A stretch of 60,342 bases of DNA, the filler included. It is 8 parts of 8 records of this genome, joined end to end, with 100 filler letters (N's around TTAATTAATTAA, not from the genome) between each part and the next. Parts side by side here need not be neighbours in the genome. Positions count along the whole stretch, not along the records: positions 50,237 to 60,342 come from SRR31156797_67711; 7 more parts are not named here. One strand, 5' to 3'. A model generated the notes under the pieces. That model saw nothing but the letters and a program-made list of their open reading frames with translations. It did no database searches and was not told the origin of the DNA. The stretch's first letter is position 1; the number at the start of each line of letters is the position of its first letter. Positions 52,081 to 59,849 of the stretch are shown here, one piece after another. A program made the translations under genes and the position numbers.

Positions 52081-54798
52081 ATGGATACTACCAAAACTGA
52101 GACTCAAAAGCAATCAAAAGTTAAACTTTCACCGGATGCTATCAGCCGCCTCTATGCTGCATGCAATGACATACTCACGTATGATGACTTAGATCTACGG
52201 GGACAGAAGAATGGTAGAGAATTTCAAAAAATCGACTGCATTCATTGTGGTGGAAAGGGATGCTGTTTTACTGATCCGAACAAAAAGCAGATCACATGTC
52301 GGAAGTGCAACCGAACCGAAGATTACGCCGGATATTATAAATATAAGCATGGTTTCAAATCATTTGAGATGTTCAAGGCAATCGTTCCGGTATTGTTCAA
52401 CGATGAGATGGAGGCCGTCAGGTATCAGGGTGCTAAAGAGGATTTTCTGAATTTCAATACCGCCCCTAAACAATCTACCGGGCAGGAAGAAAGAGGTCCC
52501 GATCCGGCAACCATCGACCCGGAGACCGCTAAGGCCATCAAGAAGAACCAGGACATTTTCAATCGGTTCTGCAACGGCCAGGTAAAACACAATCAAATTC
52601 TAAACCTATTCAAACTCCGAGGCATCCCTGAAGAGCATGTCAGGCCGGAACTCGGAGATAGCATCCGTTGGAAAAGCAATCACGGCGACCCGAAAAAACC
52701 GGATGAGCAGCGTGACGTGGTGGTGATAGCCTGTCATTCCCTGCCCGGTAAAGAACACACTTCACAGCAGTACTTCACGCCGGACAATTCATATTTCCCT
52801 GGGACAAAGACCCGTAGAAAATCTTCACCTGCCATCGGACATGGATTTCATTTTGCTGGCGCTCCCCTGGATGCTCCTACCACAAACAAGCTGTACGTCA
52901 CTGAGAGCATCATGAATGCGTTTTCACTGCTCCCCTATGTGGATACCTCCACCTCTTGCGTTGTCTCTATTCTAAGCAGTAGTGAGGCCCGGAAGAAGGC
53001 GGAGATGCTGAAGCCGTGGGTTAAGGATTTCAAGGTGGTGGTCTCATGTGGTGACAATGACAAGGCCGGTAATGGAATGGATAACACCATTGCCAAAGTC
53101 CTAAAAGATACCGTCGCTGTATGGGGGCTTAATTGGGGGCGAGACGACCCGGATGATACCAATAAGCTCCAACAGGCCGGGAGTTGTGATCGACTGCGAG
53201 AGCTGGTGAAAAAGCCGATGCCTATTAAGATCAAGGATGATGATCCGCCTATAAAAACCACCAAAAATGATGAAGAGTGGGAAGACCCGCAGGCCATAGA
53301 AGAAGAGTTACTACCCGTTGACAGTCTGCCAGATGACGCCATTCCAACGCCGTATAAGGCATGGGTTAGGGACATATCCCACAGGTGGGCTGTTCCTGCC
53401 GATTTTCCGTTCATCTCAACTCTTATTGTCACAAGTGCCATTATCGGCACCGGAGCAGTCATCAAACCAAAAAAACGTGACGACTGGACAGTTGTACCGA
53501 ATCTATGGGGTGGGATCATTGGAGATCCATCTGTTATGAAATCGCCGGTTTTAAATGAGGTCATTAATAAATCTATGGGCCGGTTGGAAGCAACTGCAAG
53601 GCAAAAACTCCATGATGACCTGGACGAGTTTAAAGCTGATAAATTTATTTTTGATGAGACCGTCAAGGCGAAAGAGAACGATATCAAAAAGGCCATCAAA
53701 AATGGAGGGACAACTGATGAGCTTAAATCTGAATTAAAAGATCTGAATCGGCACGTTATGGATAAACCGACCGAGCGAAGATACAAAGTCAACGACTGCA
53801 CCATTGAAAAATATGTTGAACTGAACAAGGAAAACCCCAGGGGGCTCCTTTATTTTCGAGATGAGTTGATTGGTTTTTTTAAGCGATTAGACAAAGAGGG
53901 AAATGAGGCTGATAGGGCGTTATGTATGGAGGCATGGAACGGCCAGGGCAACTATACACAAGACCGGATAGGTAGGGGCAGTATTCGAGCAAAAAACCTT
54001 TGCATGTCCCTAATTGGGGGGATTCAGCCGGATAAAATCATTGGATATCTCAATGATGCCATGAATGGTGGAAATGATGGTTTTGTTCAACGACTACAGA
54101 TGATGGTTTATCCAGATAGAAAGAAGTGGGAATTCATAGACCAATATCCAGACACCGACGCCAAAAACACTTTTTACACCGTGATTGAGGTGCTGGCTGA
54201 AATGCGTGATTCTGACTTTATAGAAGCTGGCGCAGATATGCCGGATGATGAAGATTTTCCACATTTCAAGTTTGATGAACCATCCTACCAACTTTTCAAA
54301 GCCTGGATGTCCGACCTTCAACAAAAAATTGAAAACGTTGATGAGCATCAAATCATTCGGGAACATCTCAGTAAATATAAATCCCTAATGCCATCGTTGG
54401 CGCTTATTTACCATTTGATCGAAGTTGCATCTGGTGTGAGTGGTAGTGAGTCTATCCCGGAGCATTGCACTAAACAGGCCATAGCATGCGTCAAATACCT
54501 TGAATCCCACGCAAGGCGTATCTATGGCATGGCTATTGATTCGAGTAGCACGGGTGCAGTGGCATTATCTCAAAAGATACTTGCGGGAAAGGTGAAGAGT
54601 CCGTTCACCGCCAGGGATATCTACATCTCCGGTTGGAGCAAATTGAACAACTCAGATGATGCTCAAAAGGCTATTGATTATTTGGATGGTAAGAACTGGA
54701 TCAAAGAGACCGAACAGAGAAACCCACTGAAAGGTGGTAGGCCGAAAACCGAGTATATTATCAATCCGAAAGTGTTTGATATCCAAAAAGCACAATAG
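52081..54798 (+). CDS. Zn-finger / Toprim primase fused to a DUF3987 (YfjI-family) helicase-like domain
   Basis: CIHC..CRKC; VTES..GDNDKAG; VPNLWGGIIGDPSVMKS, RDEL, DRIGRG, GGIQP, DGFVQR; C-terminal wHTH GGRPKTEYIINP. Confidence 0.85.
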   Translation: MDTTKTETQKQSKVKLSPDAISRLYAACNDILTYDDLDLRGQKNGREFQKIDCIHCGGKGCCFTDPNKKQITCRKCNRTEDYAGYYKYKHGFKSFEMFKAIVPVLFNDEMEAVRYQGAKEDFLNFNTAPKQSTGQEERGPDPATIDPETAKAIKKNQDIFNRFCNGQVKHNQILNLFKLRGIPEEHVRPELGDSIRWKSNHGDPKKPDEQRDVVVIACHSLPGKEHTSQQYFTPDNSYFPGTKTRRKSSPAIGHGFHFAGAPLDAPTTNKLYVTESIMNAFSLLPYVDTSTSCVVSILSSSEARKKAEMLKPWVKDFKVVVSCGDNDKAGNGMDNTIAKVLKDTVAVWGLNWGRDDPDDTNKLQQAGSCDRLRELVKKPMPIKIKDDDPPIKTTKNDEEWEDPQAIEEELLPVDSLPDDAIPTPYKAWVRDISHRWAVPADFPFISTLIVTSAIIGTGAVIKPKKRDDWTVVPNLWGGIIGDPSVMKSPVLNEVINKSMGRLEATARQKLHDDLDEFKADKFIFDETVKAKENDIKKAIKNGGTTDELKSELKDLNRHVMDKPTERRYKVNDCTIEKYVELNKENPRGLLYFRDELIGFFKRLDKEGNEADRALCMEAWNGQGNYTQDRIGRGSIRAKNLCMSLIGGIQPDKIIGYLNDAMNGGNDGFVQRLQMMVYPDRKKWEFIDQYPDTDAKNTFYTVIEVLAEMRDSDFIEAGADMPDDEDFPHFKFDEPSYQLFKAWMSDLQQKIENVDEHQIIREHLSKYKSLMPSLALIYHLIEVASGVSGSESIPEHCTKQAIACVKYLESHARRIYGMAIDSSSTGAVALSQKILAGKVKSPFTARDIYISGWSKLNNSDDAQKAIDYLDGKNWIKETEQRNPLKGGRPKTEYIINPKVFDIQKAQ

Positions 54799-54824
54799 AG
54801 ATTGTTTTTTTACCGATAATACTT

Positions 54825-55091
54825 TTACCGGGCAGAAGGAAAGGGTTTTGATGGTTTTGATGGTGCTGTTCCTGGGCATATCTCTATTTTTTTTTGATGG
54901 CTTTGAGGTACCCCTCTTAATATCCATTTTATATATATATACATATATATATAAATGAACTATATAATACGAAATGTGGTGTGAATTGATAAAAAAAAAT
55001 AGGATATCCCTAAAAGGGGCACCATCAAAACCTACAAAACCCCCAAGCCCATTAAATGAGCCAGAATAAACTCTTCCCTTCTGCCCGGTAA
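54825..55091. promoter_or_regulatory. Putative replication origin: nested inverted repeats and iterons around an AT-rich core
   Basis: TTACCGGGCAGAAGG 54825-54839 with its complement at 55077-55091; GGTTTTGATGGTGC 54853-54866 with its complement at 55019-55032; repeated TTTTGATGG; (TA)n core. Confidence 0.65.
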
Positions 55092-55361
55092 TAATCCTGC
55101 CGGGTGGAGAGGTGCCGTTGTCCCGATCTGACCCACCACAACATATAGTGTTGTCAGGAAAGTATACCTTGTTGGTTGGTTTGGAAATAATGACGATCAT
55201 TTCAAATTTGTCTAAAAGTTGTTGAACACGTTTTGAGATAAAACTCTTGCGTTTTGTTCATTACTACGGCTATTATATATAGAAAAGTAATGGTTTTTGT
55301 ATAGTAATAAATCCTGAGATTGGCATAATTTCGGGAAATTCGATCTGGGGCGGGGGAATCA

Positions 55362-55613
55362 ATGGCAACAAAAATTAGAAAACACCGGTTGATGAGATTG
55401 ACGGATCTGCGGCGGTTCATGGCTGCTAAGGTCAATCAACTCAATGCCGGTGAGATCGATACGGACACCGCCAGGGCGTTTGGGTATTTGTGTTCATGCC
55501 TGAAAGACATCATCAAGGAGTCCGACATTGAGAGCCGGGTCAAGGAACTTGAAACGCAACTGGCAGAACGGGATGCAGCTACGACAGGGAATGGACGGAG
55601 GACATATCGATGA
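55362..55613 (+). CDS. Small hypothetical protein (helical, coiled-coil C-terminus)
   Basis: GGGGG RBS; ATGA-coupled to the next gene. Confidence 0.7.
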   Translation: MATKIRKHRLMRLTDLRRFMAAKVNQLNAGEIDTDTARAFGYLCSCLKDIIKESDIESRVKELETQLAERDAATTGNGRRTYR

Positions 55614-55891
55614 ACAGGTCATTGGAAAAACGAGTATCTCGGTTGGAGCTGGAACTGAACCCACCGCCACCGGATCAGCAGATTGTGATCACCGCCAATT
55701 TTGGCCGGAAAGATGCGCCGGTGAAATCATGGAGCGGTGTGGAGCGGTTGCCAGATGAGGCGCCGGATGAGCATCGGGAACGTGCTGTTGATACCCTGGT
55801 GGAGCGATCCCGACAGCGGGGCCATGGGGTGACACTGATCGTTGCGGAACCGGACAATGAAATGAATAATGGAGAGATAAAAAATGATTGA
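55610..55891 (+). CDS. Small hypothetical protein, paralog of 56581-56898
   Basis: SLEKRVSRLE ... ERLPDEAPDEHRERA. Confidence 0.65.
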   Translation: MNRSLEKRVSRLELELNPPPPDQQIVITANFGRKDAPVKSWSGVERLPDEAPDEHRERAVDTLVERSRQRGHGVTLIVAEPDNEMNNGEIKND

Positions 55892-56579
55892 TAGAATTAA
55901 AAATGTAGCATCTCAATACCGAAAACAGTTGGGGGAAATTAGTCCCGACCTGAAAAATGAAGTGCAGAATCAAAAAAAAGCTGAGGTCCACAAAGCTCTC
56001 AAATCTGGTGTGGAGGCATTACGGGTCGAGGCAGACACATTGGTTCGAGATTTCCGGCAGGTTCGGGAGCGGAACCTTGACCGCCGGTATCTGGTGGCGA
56101 CCAGGGCAACCAACGGGATCAAAGATCTGACCCTGGGTGAATCTCAGTTGATCAACATGATTGATAAGCTGCCCCCCTCTCTTCTGCCCGGTCTGGCATC
56201 GGATGACAAAGTTACTGGGTATCATCCCCTTGTCCGATTGAGCCTATTGAACCGTGCTGAAGGGATGACAAATCCGGTCGATGGAGTCAAGGTGGGTGGA
56301 TCTGCCGCCTATGCTGAGGCCGTTGATGGTCAGAAGGTGGGGCATGCCATTGTTGATTCTATCCTAAAATCCGAGTCGGTCAATATCGATGGGTTGCGTT
56401 CCGAGGCTGCTAAAATTTCCGAGACGTGTTTAGCTATGGCTGATCTCATGGATGCCTCCCAGCAGTCGAACCGAGGCTATCAGAAAATGTATTCAAAGTA
56501 TGCGGAAGAGGTGATCAATGACACCCAGGACGCCATAGAATCGTTTCAGAATGCGTTTCAGCCAAAACAGGTGGGTTGA
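55884..56579 (+). CDS. Hypothetical protein
   Basis: GGAG RBS; overlapping operon structure. Confidence 0.7.
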   Translation: MIDRIKNVASQYRKQLGEISPDLKNEVQNQKKAEVHKALKSGVEALRVEADTLVRDFRQVRERNLDRRYLVATRATNGIKDLTLGESQLINMIDKLPPSLLPGLASDDKVTGYHPLVRLSLLNRAEGMTNPVDGVKVGGSAAYAEAVDGQKVGHAIVDSILKSESVNIDGLRSEAAKISETCLAMADLMDASQQSNRGYQKMYSKYAEEVINDTQDAIESFQNAFQPKQVG

Positions 56580-56580
56580 C

Positions 56581-56898
56581 ATGGGTAATCTGCAAAAGCG
56601 CATAGAACGGTTAGAAAAGCACATTGTGATCGATGATGATCAACCCGCATGTATTGTCATCAGCACCGTGGATGCCCGGAGGGGCGCACCGGAGCCACCG
56701 GATGATGTGGATGATTATCATGTCCTCCGCACTGATCGTGGTCGAACGTATGAGCGTGGGAAAGATGAGGCGCCGGAAGACTTCAAATATCGTGCTGCCG
56801 ATGCGGAACGTGCGGTCATGCAGCCGGGGGCCGTGCCGGTATTTTTCGGGGAGAGATCCACGGATTCAGAAAATCAGAGCGTTGTTTATAACGAATAA
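56581..56898 (+). CDS. Small hypothetical protein, paralog of 55610-55891
   Basis: NLQKRIERLE ... ERGKDEAPEDFKYRA. Confidence 0.65.
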   Translation: MGNLQKRIERLEKHIVIDDDQPACIVISTVDARRGAPEPPDDVDDYHVLRTDRGRTYERGKDEAPEDFKYRAADAERAVMQPGAVPVFFGERSTDSENQSVVYNE

Positions 56899-56982
56899 TT
56901 GAGATGTTCAGGAATGAGCATGTTACACACTAGAGTTACAAAAAACCTGAAAACCCCCGTCAATAGGGCGTCTTCAGGTTTT

Positions 56983-57010
56983 GGGTACGATAATATACAT
57001 TATGTTAACT
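56983..57010 (+). other. dif-like XerC/XerD site 2
   Basis: GGGTACGATAA-TATACA-TTATGTTAACT; same orientation as site 1. Confidence 0.82.
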
Positions 57011-57352
57011 TTATGAGTGTGTCCAATTCAAGTATCTGAAATAACATAGAAAAGTGTCAAATCCACCATGTTGCAATGTAGTATTGGATTTCGACTCTGT
57101 TTATAAATGTATCGGTATTTTGTGACATTCCCGAGATAAATACCGATGCCCCACCACGAATATCGAATGTGGGAATCACCGGCGATTGTGCATTAAAAAA
57201 TAAAAAAAAATACAGGAAACGGGATGGCTGGTGATTCCCTCCCCTTTTTTAAACCGTATCAAAAAGCATTGCCTAAAAGCCCCTCCATCAGCCGTTCGGC
57301 ACCTGCCCCATATCATAGCATTCGGATAGAAAACACCTCTTAAATCAGAGGC

Positions 57353-57402
57353 TTGACACCACCCATAGATTTGTGTATTATATCGTTATAAACAACGATA
57401 AT
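57353..57402 (+). promoter_or_regulatory. Sigma70 promoter with an overlapping operator
   Basis: TTGACA(57353)-17 bp-TATTAT(57376), then inverted repeat TATCGTT-N6-AACGATA. Confidence 0.7.
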
Positions 57403-57417
57403 CACATGGGGGATGTT

Positions 57418-58233
57418 ATGGCAGCCAAAAGACTGGATATCACCGGAGCGGAGTACAGGCATCGAGTCAGGGAACAGCAAAAAGCCCGGTTCAAAAGGCA
57501 TCAAGAGAAAATGAAATCCGATGGGTTCAAGATGACATCGGTGTTCATGAGTGAGGGGTTGAGATCTGAGATTGACCGGATCATGAAAACCGATGGCGTC
57601 ACCAAATGGCAGGCCATGGAGCGGATCTACCAAGAGTACTTAAATAACGTTAGAAATAACGATAATGGCAAAAGAGAGATCCATCGAATATACCCAATTC
57701 CTGATGCCGTCATTGATGCAATCCCTAAAGAGTACATGGGAGATGGAGTCAAAAACATTGTCCATAGCGCTCTTATTTTCCACACACAACGTGCTGTGAC
57801 CGACGCCCTGCGTTCAGTGTACCGAAATAATCAATGCACCGGTATCGGCAAATTCATAGAGTTGCTGAAAAAGTCGTTGAGGGTGGATACCGAGCAGGAA
57901 CGAAAAAAACTTACTCCGCCGGAAGAGTACCCCAATCAGCAGCCGCTTTTGTTCGATGATGAGCCGAAACACAACCGCGTTTGCGGTGGGCCAACAGATC
58001 TGTCATTCATCGACCCGTGTGAGGGTATGACCAGGGCCGAACGCCGGGAGTACATTGATAAATTCATCATGGATCGATTGGAGGTTGCCGGGCAGGGTGG
58101 GAAAATGACGTACCAGCAGGTGTGCGAGGCGCTGGAATATGCCGGTATCAAAACCCCGAGGGGTAATGATAAATGGGCGATTGGTAGCGTCAACACCGCA
58201 TTCAGACGGATCATGAAAAACCGGGAGGAATGA
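57418..58233 (+). CDS. DNA-binding protein with an RHH-like N-terminus and a recombinase-domain-like C-terminal HTH
   Basis: MTSVFMSEGLRSEID; TYQQVCEALEYAGIKTPRGNDKWAIGSV; no catalytic serine-recombinase domain seen. Confidence 0.65.
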   Translation: MAAKRLDITGAEYRHRVREQQKARFKRHQEKMKSDGFKMTSVFMSEGLRSEIDRIMKTDGVTKWQAMERIYQEYLNNVRNNDNGKREIHRIYPIPDAVIDAIPKEYMGDGVKNIVHSALIFHTQRAVTDALRSVYRNNQCTGIGKFIELLKKSLRVDTEQERKKLTPPEEYPNQQPLLFDDEPKHNRVCGGPTDLSFIDPCEGMTRAERREYIDKFIMDRLEVAGQGGKMTYQQVCEALEYAGIKTPRGNDKWAIGSVNTAFRRIMKNREE

Positions 58234-58271
58234 TCATGTAACCATGGCGCTGGCTGATTCAATATGTTGGT

Positions 58272-58627
58272 GTCTGACCCCTGGGCGGGTGGGGAAAATC
58301 TTCAAATGTGCGCCAAGCGCACATTTAGAAAAGTCTGACCCCTGGGCGGGAATGGGCTGTTTACCGAGTAAACTTATTAACCGTTGGTAAACTTCTGCCC
58401 CACGCGGGCGGGTGGATGAAAATGTCAACTTGTCGCGACGTCGCGACATTTTAAAAGTCTGACCCATGCGGATGCGGTGCAAGCAAAGTGTTTTTTTGAA
58501 TTTTTAGACTCCATAAAAAAGGCGTCAATTTTCACGATGTCGTGAGGAATTAACAGTCTAACCCGTGGGCGGGTGGGGGGAAATGGTAGATTTCTACCAT
58601 TTTGGTCAGATGCCATGTCTGACCCGT
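58272..58627 (+). repeat. Non-CRISPR repeat-spacer array: six degenerate GTCTGACCCNTGGGCGGGTGG repeats with palindrome-centred spacers
   Basis: Repeats start at 58272, 58333, 58393, 58457, 58556 and 58617 (last one truncated). Confidence 0.8.
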
Positions 58628-58860
58628 CATTGGTGGCTTGGAGATTGGTGGAATGCCTGTAAGTGGGGGGATGATAGGCGGAAAGAGATTTGTAAGCAGA
58701 TTGGTGTGGAATACGATACTGCTAAAGATTGTGGTTGGGTTGCAAGAAACTTTAAATTGTCTTTACGTAAAGACAATTTAACATTCAGCCACCACAAAGA
58801 AGTCTGCCAAATAAATGACTCTGCCACCAAATGTCAACTTCTCGACTGGTGCCTATCTAG
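58628..58860 (+). pseudogene. Internal fragment of an LmbU-like HTH gene
   Basis: WWLGDW..IGVEYDTAKDCGWVARNFKLSLRKDNLTFSHHKEV..LLDW; begins right after repeat 6 without its own start. Confidence 0.6.
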
Positions 58861-59047
58861 TGCCTACCTGGGAAACCTTCCTCCCTGCCCGGTGATCAAT
58901 CTCATTTTTCTCTTGACCACGACCCCACTTTCATTCTATCCAAAAAGAGCCGTGGCAAAATCCACGGTGTCGGTTTGACAGCCGATAAGTTCGGCGCAGG
59001 TGAGCGCATTCAATCCATCACCACCTGTGTATCTATACGCCGAAAAC

Positions 59048-59118
59048 GGGCAGTATAGGTGGGAGACTTTCGGGTCTGCCGGTTCCGAACTCCGGTCTGT
59101 CAACCCACCTTGCTGTCC
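59048..59118 (+). ncRNA. c4-type antisense RNA (P1 C4 / P4 CI family)
   Basis: Cloverleaf closed by GGGCAG..AGGTGGG/CCCACCT.GCTGTCC; hairpin AGACTTTCGGGTCT; b' CCGAACT and a' CTGTCAA have complementary targets on both sides. Confidence 0.85.
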
Positions 59119-59173
59119 TTTTCTATTTTGACAGGTAGAAAGGGCGTAACCCCTTAAGTTCGGAGCACCCACC

Positions 59174-59596
59174 ATGCAAAACGAAACCATCATGAACACC
59201 ATTCCCCAGCCGTTACCACGGAACTATGATCCCAGAGACAAAATTGTACAGGATCTGTCGGTACGCCATTCAAAACTATATTTTTACGTTTCAGTTTTAG
59301 GCACTGAAACCCCCATCGATACGGTTCAATTGGATTTATTCGATGACGTCCTATCCTATGAAGTTGAAAAATTAGAAGGGCTTTGCCGACTGCACCTTGA
59401 GACCGATGAGGGGCGCTCAACGATCCTCGGAGATATCATGCTGAGTCAGATAAAATCATTTGCAGATCGGTTAAATGAAATGTCATTTCATGTTGGGAGA
59501 AATATTGGTGATATTGAGTTGACATGCGCCTATCTTCACGCCAGAAGCTTCGATCCGGGCACCGTATTTGATGCAGAGTTGAAGCCTGTTCAATAA
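59174..59596 (+). CDS. Hypothetical protein under c4 control
   Basis: RBS GGAG overlaps the b2 target; no family recognised. Confidence 0.7.
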   Translation: MQNETIMNTIPQPLPRNYDPRDKIVQDLSVRHSKLYFYVSVLGTETPIDTVQLDLFDDVLSYEVEKLEGLCRLHLETDEGRSTILGDIMLSQIKSFADRLNEMSFHVGRNIGDIELTCAYLHARSFDPGTVFDAELKPVQ

Positions 59597-59679
59597 TGAG
59601 ATCGCTTGGAGCGATGGCGCAGGAAAAATAAATAGTCCTTGACGATATCGTCTGAATATCGCTTTTATGACGAAGTGAA

Positions 59680-59765
59680 AATAAAAAAACCCCGTTGATG
59701 CGACGAACATCAACAGGGTTTAGAAATTGGTATGGAGCGTTCATGCAGGAACACTCACCGCCACC
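59680..59765 (-). ncRNA. Candidate counter-transcribed copy-control RNA
   Basis: Minus-strand TTGAAT(59800-59795)-17 bp-TATCCT(59777-59772); hairpin 59687-59721 followed by a U-run. Confidence 0.55.
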
Positions 59766-59849
59766 GAGTGAAGGATAAGACAATCCTGATTTAGATTCAA
59801 GAGTTTTATCCGTTTTTCTGCCAGCGCTCCCAAAACTAAGGGAGTTCTC

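Noticed and set aside
54652-55200. 182-aa minus-strand ORF and nearby short ORFs
   Set aside because: They overlap the iteron/AT-rich origin and have low-complexity translations
57418-58233. Serine integrase for the element
   Set aside because: Only a recombinase-like HTH is present; no catalytic YxRxS domain
58272-58627. CRISPR array call
   Set aside because: Repeats are degenerate, spacing is irregular (60-99 bp), symmetry is in the spacers, and no cas gene or leader is seen on the closed element
58565-58978. 137-aa ORF as an intact gene
   Set aside because: It is a mosaic of repeat 5, spacer 5, the LmbU-like fragment and the c4 a1 leader; translation cannot be excluded but is unsupported
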